Assembly: GCA_002633005.1 (NCBI GenBank)
Contig: NMRA01000966.1
Coordinates: 22,810-86,809, forward strand
Source of the DNA: Phoronis australis
Lineage: Eukaryota; Animalia; Phoronida
DNA length: 64,000 bases
Direction of reading: 5' to 3'
The position numbers and the translations under genes are program-made. Shown here piece after piece: positions 26,963 to 39,100 of the stretch. The notes below the pieces were generated by a model. That model had not been told where the DNA came from, searched no databases, and saw only the letters and a program-made list of their open reading frames with translations. Positions within the stretch are counted from its first letter, which is position 1, and each line of letters begins with the position of its first letter.

Positions 26963-27117
26963 TTAGTCCAGCACGATACAGACATCATCTTCGACCTCTA
27001 CAGACATAGATGTTTTCCGTTTTTTGACCGAGGTAGCACTTTCTCCGTCCATGGAACGTTTCCTTTTCGGTGCAGCGTTTATCTCCTCTTCTTCCACTAT
27101 CTCTATCAGGTCATTAT
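26963..27117 (-). CDS. UBA2: UBA2 exon 16, last coding ([51 protein letters not shown])
   Basis: acacag acceptor; TAA at 26965-26963; KRKR..KKRK NLS. Confidence 0.9.
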
Positions 27118-30100
27118 CTGTGTGCAAAACAAACTCGTTTTAATAAGTTTTATAGATCATGTGAATTTCAAGTACTTACAATAAATTGAACGTTTTCAAC
27201 CATCAATGACTGCGGCCATCCTCAGAAAGATGGGTTATGCGGACTTGATGTATTGCTGTCTAGGGCCACGAAATACGATGTCATAAATGTCAGAAAGAGG
27301 ATACAGACCTATGTCATGATTCATGTCCCCATCACCTGCTTTCCTAATAAATAGGCTTTACTGTATCCAGCGTCTATTTCTGAGGACAACTACACTGACT
27401 CTCTGACAGTTGAAAATGTTCAATTTATAGTGAGTACTCAACTGTGTCCCGCCTAATATTTGACACACCAATCGTATGAAATTACTTACTGAATGTTACC
27501 TGCTAAAATTCTTCAAATATTTAAAGTATAATGCGGCCAGAACATGTTATTTTATTTTGTTCACTTTCTTTAAGATGACTATTTTAGAAAATTCGTCTTC
27601 ACTATTACAGTCTCTACAAACATTGTTCTGGAGTCAAAAACGACTATCTTTACAGAGGTTGAGAAAATGGACAGATACAGAGGAAAACATACAAAACTTA
27701 AATTGCCACTAGGGGGCACTGCATTAGCCAGATCCTTCTGTCATAAAAACACATTTGCCAATTTCCAAGGGGTTCAGCAGATACAGCTGCAGTAGAAGGC
27801 AGACACTCAGACAGAGATGACAGCAATATGCACCAACCCACACACTTATAAGCGTTCTTATGTTGGGTAAATTCTAAATGGTCAACTTCAATGACGTGCA
27901 GCCACGGATTCAGTGTTACTGATTATGCCTGGTTCTGAGCTTTAGCCACATCTTGACTGATGGCTACAATAATTAACAGTGAAAAAAGTTCCAACAGCAC
28001 CACAACAATATCGTACCTTCATTTTCTGCATTGCCGCCATTATTGCTGGTGGAGGGTTCTTCCTCTGGTTTGGCATGCAACTGTGACATGTCCCCGATTA
28101 TTTCAAACTCCTCATCGTCTTCTAGTTTATCTCTAATGAACAGAAAAAAGGCCTAGTATATACTTTGAAACAATAAATTTGCCCTTCGCCCACTGCACCC
28201 TTTTGCACGATTATATTAGTCGTCCTCAGAACATGGTAAACTATATAACGCCCATAATAATCTATAAAAACATACTTCCTGTTCATTAGTTGATAATTTC
28301 CTCAAGTTTTAGTGGAATGTTATCCATTATGAAGTCGTTTTTGGTCAATGTCGCATATTTTACTATTAAATGTACTTAGAATCTTTCTAAGTGATTTGCA
28401 TGAAATGACATAAATGATTCCAACAATGCGAACAATGTGTGCCAGACAGGTTGAATTGCTTAGTTTTATTAACTGTTTCTGGCATCATTGCTCAAGTCAA
28501 AATAAAATTGTAGTGTAATTTGACTGGAACGGAAAAATGTGCGGGTGTCCCGCAACTGGGTACAGTTATCAGAATAAACAAAGGAAGGAATGTGGCTTAC
28601 TTGGACTGATAGACATTTTTGGAAATTGCTCACTGTGTTGTCACCACCTTTCGTTTCAGGAAATGACATTCATATTAGCTTCAATTTTGTAGAAATTGGC
28701 TGAAACAGTTCGAAGTACCTGTTAAAAAGTAAAGTATGCCAAATTGACCAAAAAGGCATTCATAAACATGTTCTCCTTTAGCACTAAATTGTTCTCCATA
28801 GCAACTATGTTTAACGCCCAAACCACAAAATATGTCACAAATATTCTGTCAAACTGGTGACATTGGTATGAACCTAGTAGACAGCTGGCAGACGGCTCTG
28901 GGCACCTTGCCAACCTTCAACCATCCTTGCCACGTCTGATTGGCACCTACTCAACAAAATATTCATGACTGACAGTGTATCCAAGCATATGTTGGAACAG
29001 GACCTTCAGAACTTAATACCTGGCTTTCATAAATGTTAAATAATTAACTGTAGTTATACAAATCTACCAATGTCCAAAGCCATACGCATGAATTATGTTA
29101 ACGACTAGGTTGTAGCACTGTAGGAAATCATCGCAAACAAGTCGCGACCCATTTCTGATGCCAAAGTTGGAGAGGAACTTGTCAGAATTCTGTTCCGTTT
29201 CCCCTTCCTCGCTGGATATGAGTATGGAACCTGAAATGTCAAAAATAAAAAAAAACTATTATACTTAAAGTAAACTGTCTGCCTCCCATCACAAAAACAA
29301 CTTTTGATTTCAACCAATTACTGTTATGAAATGGGTTTCAAATTGACCCTTTCATAAAATCGGAGATGATTTCCATGTTGCAAAAGAACTAAAAATTGAC
29401 CAAGCATGGTCTCAACAAATAAAGAATTGTCAGTTCTTTGCCATAACCAGAAATCACTTGCCATGTAAGGGACAAGTTGAGATCAATTTTATAGAGCTAA
29501 GTAATAGAAGTTCATTTCTTGGATGGAATGCGGGATTCAAACTGACCTGCAGTGAAATTCACTTTTTTCAAGTAGACTTTAAGTCTAAGTCACTTTCAGA
29601 GAACAGTGATTGTTGTTGTATAACACAGCACTTGGAATGACCAATGAGAAAAAAGAAGAAAGTATTCCATGCGATGTATCGTGGTTGTGTGATAGAAATA
29701 TTTTTGTGTCGTAAAATCTAACTAAAATAAACGTTTTTGCATGTGAGTAAAATCAAAATAATGATAAAAGAGATGAAAAAAGAGGAAACTGGAAATCAAA
29801 TATAGAGAAAGAAACCAAAAAAGAGGAAATCCTCTTAAAAGAGGAAAATTCCAAGCCTTGATAACAATCCTGTCTGTAATTCTAGGACTAAGACAAGGTT
29901 AAACATCAATAAATGTTATCACTTCTAGTTTGCGGCTGTTTGAATGTCACGCCACCATTTTCCAAAAAGTTGCCATTTTCAGAGAAAATCAACTCAAAAA
30001 GGCAGAAAAAAGCATCATTAAAATGATTGTAAGTAAGTAACACATCACCTTTATCGTCATCAATTTCTACATCCGGTGCGGCCATACCCAGCTTACTTTT

Positions 30101-33100
30101 GAGAATCTGAAAACAATATGAACACGCGACTGAAAAAGACACACCAAAACTAAAACGTACCAATTGTGGACTTGACATCTGATAATAACAAGCACCAGTG
30201 AGTGTTTATGTAGCACTTATCAAGCTTACGCACACCACAGTCCGTATACATAAACATGCACATGTGAAATGAAACACGCTCACAGTTTAAAACTGTTGGT
30301 CAGATATAAGTTCGGGCAGTTTTTTACTTTTTATTCTTCAAGCAACCGGAGCAATCCCAACGAAAGAGGGAAGCTTTCATAAGGAACTAAGAACTTCCAC
30401 TGAAAATCAAAGGAACGACTCATCAAGAAAGATAATGAAGGTCCTCTCTCAGTTGTGTCTTCAGAGCACACCACACCCACCTAACTGTATCAAGCCAAAG
30501 TGCCAAACTTCAAACTCGAATAAACTCGAAATAACCAATTGAAAGTCCATTCAGTACATAGTGTAAGACAATGGTTTTCAAAGATGGCGGTGCACAGGGC
30601 TTTAACCAATTGAAAGTCCATTCAGTACATAGTGTAAGACAATGGTTTTCAAAGATGGCGGTGCACAGGGCTTTAACCAATTGAAAGTCCATTCAGTACA
30701 TAGTGTAAGACAATGGTTTTCAAAGATGGCGGTGCACAGGGCTTTAACCACCACACCACTGCTGAGCACCCTCACTGGTTCTTTGCCAGCTACACTTGTG
30801 GCCCAAGAAACCATACACCAGCACCACTCCTGGTCTACAGGCATATCCACTGTACCTTGTCTTCGAGTGTCTTGACTGTGGTGGTGGCTGTGTTGAGTTT
30901 GACGGCCACTTCGGGCTTCTCGCAGCAGGCCAGACACTTGGGGTTGGGCTTCATAAGCGTACACGGCACCAGGATGCGCTTACGAGGGTTTGGTTTCTTG
31001 GTGAGGTACACCTGCAAGAAAATTATACCATGGTAAAAAAAAATTTCTACTATTACATGGCAGAAAAGTGGAAATTAGGTTATTAAATTTTGCTAAGAAA
31101 ATCATAACAACTGATAACTTTCTGCTTTGTTGTGACCTTGCTTAGTACTTAACACTTGCTAGTAAATGGCAGCTGGTACACTTTCAAGCGCTTTCAACAA
31201 TGTAGTATGCATTTAATTATGCTAACCTGTTCTTACTGGTCATCAACACCAGATTTGAGAGCCTGTGAAGATGTTCAGTTTGCGGTCAGATTTCTCACTT
31301 TGCATTTAAAATCCTTGGATAATTTACGACTGATTTCTCTCTATATTATTCTCATCAAAATTTGCAAACAACTTTCAACAGTCAACAACAGGGCTTGGAA
31401 TGATCAATGACAAAAAACGCGGAAACTGTTACGGCCTAAAACGCGCGCTACCCAGCTTTCAAATAGTCGATGTGAGCCTTTCGCCGACAAAAGTCGGGAG
31501 GACTAAAAAAAAAAACAAAAAAAAAACATTACCACCATCAGTAGCATGCATCTGCGTCCCTTTAGGTCGTCCGTCCACTCCCACCCCCACACATTTTTGG
31601 CTGTGGAGCCGTAGTATTTGTCACCGCGGTTTCCAATCACACGAGTCGCCATTGAAAATCCCAGATGCCCCGGCAATGTTGACAATTTACGTTCCTCCGA
31701 AACATAAAGAGCAACTTCCGCTTTTCGAGGCGAACGTTGTCGGCAAAGCCGCGGTAAGAAAGGAATTTGCCGCGGAAATTTTATATCAAATCCGATTTTT
31801 TTTACGCGGAAATATAATAAAATGCGCGGACAGAACATTTGAAAAAAGCGGAAAAACGCGTTTCCGCGGAAAATTCCAAGCCCTGCAACAACTTAATGGT
31901 TTGAGAAAGACACAAGAGTGCTTAGTATAAACAATGACCCTGCAACACAGTCTTGAAAAGAAAACAGTACATATACTATCTTGACCAAATCAATGGAAAT
32001 CGTTACAATGGAGTGCTTACAGTTTTACAGTCATCCAGTCTACCCTGCAAGATTTTGAGTGATTCCATCACAATCAATGCTGCTACAACTGCGTTCGTAG
32101 TGGCAATGGCTGGAATGATGTTGCCTGCCATGGCTGTAAAGTAGAATGGAACAACAACTGAGGGAACAGAGTCCCATTTTTTTATTTTCCTTCGAACAAA
32201 GTATATATGGGCCAGGAAAAATGAAGACTTGGGAAGTTGTCTTAAAAAGGGACTTGCATGGGTGATATGACAATATTTTGAGACTGTACAGCTATATTTG
32301 TTATTTTAACTATTAGTTTTCTCATGTCTCTTGGCCGTCTGCTTTATTGTTGCACTATGAACAACTGTCAAAAATACAGAGAGCTCGAGAGAAAATCATT
32401 GAAAATTATTATTAATCGTGAACATTTGTTGTGCGTTCAACAAAATTGTCTACAGGAGGGGCTGCTGTCAAATTATTCTGACGAAAAGAAATGAATAGAT
32501 CATACAAGACACTTCGATGATTTTGTGCAGATTACGTCAAAAATATTGAAACAAAATGACCAAAATTCCTCATCACGATGACCAAGTGCAAGAGGTATTT
32601 ACTGTCATAGTAACAGGAATGACAGCTCACATTATCTGCCACAACGGAGAAACTGGGTTTTATCCAATTATTTTTTACATGTATTGTACAATAAAAAATC
32701 CAACTTTTGAATTCCAACATCTCATCAGAAAATAACATAGAAAATAAATCTGAAACTAAATAAGGCGATCCAGATCCTACCAAGGATACTATTGTTTCAT
32801 GAAATGTAGAATATTCTTGTTGTTTTATATACCGATTTATATCAGAAAATAACAACACAACTGCATTGCCCAAATCATCCAAAATTCTGCAAGCTGCCAG
32901 CATAACTAACATAAGCTTTCCCCCAGGCTGGGTCACGTACATTTGATATCAAACCGTGACTTGAGAGGTATTCCGAAGATGTGAGCTCGGATGTTGGCAG
33001 CCGCTGTCACAAAATCCATTGCAGGGTCATCGTCCTGAAAAATACCATTAATCGGACTGTACGATACTGAAGCCATACATTTGTTCACCACTTTCTTACA

Positions 33101-36100
33101 TAATTAATAGAAAACACAAGTTGGAAAACCCTTTTAAGCACCGGACATGCACTTCAATGAACATGTTCCTTAAGTTTAGTGGAAGAGTATCCAAATCAAC
33201 TGGTCAAATCACCAAAATAAACCCGCAGGCAATCATAAGTATTTTATTTCATGTAATTATTTCAGACTGGGCCCACTTGAAAATCAGTGCATTCACTGAA
33301 GTGGTCACCCGGTATTTTTAAGGAAGTTTAAATAAATAAATAAGTAAAACTTTAAATTACACATAGTTTCTAAAACCTATTAGTTTCTTACATTAACCTC
33401 TAGCCAACCCACATTGACACTACGTGTCGATAAGGTATTTCTCCGGCCATCTTGAGGGATTACAACATTCCACAAACAAGCACAGCTACATGGCATGTCG
33501 TGCCAATGTCAAAGGGCTAGATAGAGGTTGGTTGGTGTAAATAGACCCAACAGATTTTAGAAATGCAGTTACTATATCACCACATCTAAGCGTTTTTTTT
33601 TCCTCCATGCCTGCTTGCCACTTTACAAAAAACCTCCTATTTTTCTATGTATCAGCACTGCGCAAGATTCCCCTAAAGCCACACAGCAACAAATGCACTA
33701 GCCTACCTTGTCCCAGACCAGGATGCCCTCTGACCCCTGTTTGGACAGCTCATCACGGAGGGTGGCCAAGCTGTCTTTGAACATGTTGGCGTAGCTCTCC
33801 ACACTCTCCACCCGCTGATCCTTCATCTCTGACTGGTTTGGAGAGTCACCTGAAACTGCAAGATCTTAAGAACGTGACAATGTAGGACACAAGCAGACAG
33901 CACTGAGACAGCACAAATGATAACCAAAGCCATGGCACAAATCTGGTGCTATTACACAATAATTATCTATTCAGTAGCACAGATTTGATTACAGGGCCAA
34001 GCTCTCAAGTCCGTCCTGCACCCTTTGCGAGGAGTTCAAAATCATGTGATTACTTGAGGATGACCTATGAGGGCTGTTCCAGCAAAATCTGTATGGGAGG
34101 GGGGGAAGGCACTTTTATTTCGTACCCACCGCCCATATTTTTCATTTATTTCTCCAACCCATGACCCATAATTTTTTAATTATTTTTAATAGGTTAAAAT
34201 ATAAAATCCAACACTTGCAAACAAATTGCCTCCAGGAGGACCTGTTAAGAACTTAGATGATTGACAGACAAGAACTAGTTGTCTTGTCCAATATTGTCAA
34301 AAATTAAAGTAGCCTGTGAACAATACTTTTGGCAGCCACCAGGTGTCTCTGTTCACCATGTGTCTATAATTTCAATGAACATTTTTTCAATTATAAGGAT
34401 CTATGAATCTCAAACTGTCTCCACAAACCCTTTTATACTTCTATGTCAAGTGAATATTGGAACTTGTTTATCTTACTCCTCATACTTTTTATTTAAAAAT
34501 CATCAATTTTCTTATATGTGTTAACACTAGTTTAGTGTTGCATAACTTTTCAATTCAATAGGACTGCAGACAAGCACTTGGCTCAAATCAAGTTGCCCAT
34601 GACTTGATTAATGGCTTAGTGAACATATTGCACTCTGTTCACTGGCAATATGGGCTTTTTTGTATTGGGATAACTTGGGATATATGCCAATCGCATTTTT
34701 TGAGTTTTGATTTCTTTGGAGATGTGTTGGCTGAATTAACCAACCTGTCAACGTTAACAGATCAAAAATACCACCCATTTTTAATGCATCACTTCTTACA
34801 GGAACAACCACCCATAATTTGAGTTTTTTTCTGAAGACCACCACCCATGAATTTTTATTCCTAATGCCGTCCTCCCCCTCCCACACGGATTTTACTGGAA
34901 CAGCCCTGACAAGGGTCACGTTGCCCTTGATGATTATTACAGCCCATCGTTGCTGTTGAGGGCAGATTTGCTCTACATAACCTCTATTGAGACTCCAGTA
35001 ATGACATTCTCTGACTAATGTTCAACACTAGACCCAGACTGATAGTATGACAATTGTCCATAGAGTACTTTTCAAAAACAATACCAAAAATAAAATTCAT
35101 CATCAATCAAAGGCATTCCACATTTATTTCCCCTGAAAGCATCTCCATTTAGCCACAACTGATCACAGGATCATTGAGGAAGAAAAATTTGATAAAGCAA
35201 CCAGGTGCTCAAAAAGTAGGTGTAACTAAGCTCTCATGCAAACAGTTTTAAAGCTGGTATGCACCCTGCCCCTGTCACGACGAGATTAAGACTAACAAAA
35301 GTGAAAACTGGCCTCCATTTTCAGATAAAAAGAGACTAGAGAAAAACTGCCGGTACATTATTGTCTCAGATGCGACTCGATGAGTTCATGTAAGCACAGA
35401 AAGCCAGGAAATAGAGCAGTTCCATTACAGAACACTAGAGGGAGTAAAAGCAACAGGTCCATTAACAATTCAATTTTATCCTTAACTAACCTTCAGTGGG
35501 TAGCTCATGCCAGTCGAGCGGGGTCGGAGGTCGCCGGCTCTTCCACAGCGTGTCCATCGACAGCAGGTACTTAATGTCGTTGCAAAACAGCTGCAGCGAA
35601 GAGGTAGAATATTTTGATTTAATGAAACAAGGCAACGTATAAACATCCATTATCGACTAAACAACTGAAAATCACATTTTCAGGAATATTGTTGGATGGC
35701 ATAGCTTTTATCATTTTACAACAAAATTGCCAATCCTCACTATTGTCTACCATATATTTGCTTAAATCAAGACCCGTGACTTAACCATTTAATACGCGAT
35801 TTATTGTGTGAGGTTTAGCTCCATCAACAGATCATTAGACTGTGACTGTAGATGTTGCATGTTTGATTTCGTGCTGAGGCCAATCTCAGAAAATCACTTT
35901 TCTTGCAATGATATCTCTTTAAACACTTCTTGGTTTTCAGTGGTTATACTGTGGTAAGACAGTGGCGGATCTAAGATATCATAAGAGGGGCCCCAACACT
36001 TTGTCTCAGGCAATCGCGTAAAGCCCGACTGCATGAATGAGGGCTTGGACTTCTGAGACTGTGGACCTCCTTGCTGAAATGCAACCACGCGACTAAGAAA

Positions 36101-39100
36101 AAAAACGGGGAGAGGCCTCCTACTTCTTGTTTCAGCTGCTTCGACATTACCAGGGTTAGTTGGGAAACTCAATATTTCCTCACGCTCTTGCTGTCTTCCT
36201 GTTTTATTTTTTGGCAGCAGTTAACAAGGGGGGACATTTTCAACTTGGCAAAGCCCGACCTGTTTACCTTCAAAACTGCATTTGAGTACTTTGGACACCA
36301 GATCTGCAGATTTTTCAGTAAGCGTGCAGATTTTTGTGTACAGACCAAACATTGAAAATTCGAACTTTTCAGCGTGTTCGCGTGTTGAAACTGTGTTCAG
36401 ATTATACTTTTCCTAGTTACTTACCTTTGAAACTGTTTTTAAAATACACGTAGTGATTTCACCACCAATTTTCAGAATTATCTAAGGTGTTTAGTTGGTG
36501 GACTGCACTTGCTGTAGTGAAAAGATTCAGTTAATCAGTAGAAAGGTTCCTTACTGACCATAGTTATATTAATACATGCCGCAATCATGGTAATATACAC
36601 CGTGAATCATGATAAGTTGGATACACACAAAAAGTTCCTTGCTTCAAAAGTTGTGCTCGTTTCTGAGCACAAAAACATATCTGCAAAAAAGTACTCATGG
36701 GTCTGCACTAGACAATGTTTTGCACCAGGCGACGTGTTCTTAATCATTCACAAAAATTTGGAATTGTTATTCATTGCAAGCATCTGTGAACACGTACCAC
36801 CATACTGCATGTGAAAAATCCTTTAGTGTTGCCGTCGACTCAACATGCCGCAAAGTCAATGCGCTCACCACGTGCATAACAAAACAATGTGCTACACAAC
36901 TTGCAGTATAAATTGGGCGGTCCCTTCCATAAGACACCGTCATTCTTCGGAATAACGTGACAAAAACAGATTTCCCTTCTTTCAGGTGCTCCATTCTTCA
37001 CAGCTCAGAATGTGCGGCCACTCATGCTTTGCCATTTTGACAACAGTGCATATTTAGCTGGAGATAGCCGGAATTAAACAAAGTAAACAATCCACCAATC
37101 ATAAAAGTCGTTGTTTGTAGTTTAGGCTGGTGATGATGGATATCGATAGAAGCCTTGCGGTTCGTCAATTATTTTGTAATACTTAGAATGAATTGGAGCA
37201 AGTTTACAACTTCACAGCTCATGATTTTAGTTAAAGTAATATGATTATATACTTTTAATTTCTAATTTCATTTTTACTATTAGCTTATCACTGAGTAACA
37301 AGTCGGTAAATAATCTGCTTCGAATTTGTGTATTTTTGCCTGGTCTTGCATGCGTTCGTACTACACGCCAAATTTTCGTACTGTCAGAATATAGACTGAC
37401 ACTGTTTTTATTTGTATTGCTTTGTTTTGTTATTCTGTTTGATTGGCATGACCCCTGAGTTAAGTACAGTGATGATGATGTAATTTGTTTACTGCAGAAT
37501 AGTATGGAACTTTCTAGAGGACTGAGTTCAGTACAATGATGATGTCATTTGTTTACTACAGTATAGTGAAGAACTTTCTAGAAGACTCCAGCATGACAGT
37601 GATTGATGTAGTCTGGAATATTCTAGAGACTAGTACATGTTTGTAGAATGGTTGGGTAGATTCAGGAAAGTTCTAGAATGTGCTTGAATTGATGAAAAGT
37701 TCCAGAACAATGCATTAGGCTATAAATACACAAGCTCGGGTTTATGTTAGTCAGATCAAGTCAGTTAATCGGTGAGTTCAAGAAAGTTAATCAGGAGATT
37801 ACAGTTGAGTTGCAGTGAAAAGAATCAGCAGTTACAGCGATAGTCAATAGAGAGCCAGCTATAGAGACAGCAGGTTATTGAATCGACGAGTGTAACAGTT
37901 GCTGAACGTGTCTCAGAAGTTCATCACAAGTCAAGGCTTCACAGCACTGGCTGGAGCATAAACAGACATTACGTCGGACATTTTGTTTGAGTAGGCCTGT
38001 GAACATACGGTCAGAATTAATTAAGGATTAAGTCGAACCAGTCTTCAGCCAATCGTCGCACCGAAAGCTATTAGCACCGGTCTGTAACAACCTGCGCCCA
38101 CCCACACACGGGGAAAAACTTGACACGTACGAATCTGCATTTTTTGCGCATGGTACACAGGTTTTCAAAGCCATGCTCAATACAACGTCGACTACCTATT
38201 TGCACAATGGTGACATAATTCATTATTTTATTCTGGCATTGAGATTTCATGGTGAGTTAAAACTACAAGTGTTGAGATGTTTTGGTGCACCGTAACTTGA
38301 AAATTTTAATTTTTACATGGTTTACCATAACCTCCTAACATGGATAATTTGCTGTGTTATTGAAGGTATTTTTGTAAGTATATGGCAACAGAAAAGTGTG
38401 ATTCACACTGGTTTCAATTATAGGAAAACAATAGCATACAATGTCCACGTGACTCGAAAACAGATGGAAAACCCAATACTGCTCTACTAAGCCCAGTCGT
38501 AAGAGTTCATAGAAGCGAACAATACCTTGGTGAATATCTTCATCGCGTCGTAATTAACAGAGTGCGCCCAGTCTCGCGTGGATCTGCGAAGAATTCCGCC
38601 CACAGCATCGTCATTGTTTACTGCCTCTTTTTCAAGTGCCGATTTTCCAGCATCCGCTACAAAATAACCAACACATTTTATCAGAGTACACCAACTAGGC
38701 AACAGCCAATCAGCTGCCAGTCCAGCAGAAACTGTTACATCGCTGCAGGCCAGTCTTAAAAAAATGGTCGAACTGTATGTGCAAAAACTTTAATTTTATT
38801 TAAACTACTATTAATTTGTCCAAAGTTGACTCCTATTAAGATTGAGTGTTCGCATTTGAGAAAAATCGACATTTCCCTTTTGCTCGAGGTCACTCAATGA
38901 GCTGGCTTGACACAATGGCTTATGTTCAATTTGGTACTCCATCTACCGCTTGGTCTCCAAGTTGGTCAATTTGGACAGTCATGTTGAGAATGTGAATCAG
39001 AAGTCAGTTCTTTGACACAAGGTGTGTACTTAGCTGCTTAAAGGGCAATTCGAATTGAAAGTCTTACAGACAGTTTCAATCTGGCAAAAAGCAGGTTGCT

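Noticed and set aside
29906-30048. Read-through extension of UBA2 exon 13 ([10 protein letters not shown]...)
   Set aside because: The conserved continuation [13 protein letters not shown] is encoded by the exon at 29230, so this stretch is intron.
30532-30750. Possible CRISPR-like array (also 16941-17250)
   Set aside because: Units are head-to-tail with no unique spacers, there are no cas genes, and the context is a eukaryotic intron.
31400-31930. Longest ORF in the track (176 aa)
   Set aside because: Lies almost wholly within the 497-bp MITE, crosses a poly-A run and has no recognisable domain.
32042-32044. Earlier GT donor in UBA2 exon 11 (CAGG|GTAGA)
   Set aside because: Wrong phase for exon 12; the donor at 32020 keeps the frame and the conserved ..GRLDDCKT end.
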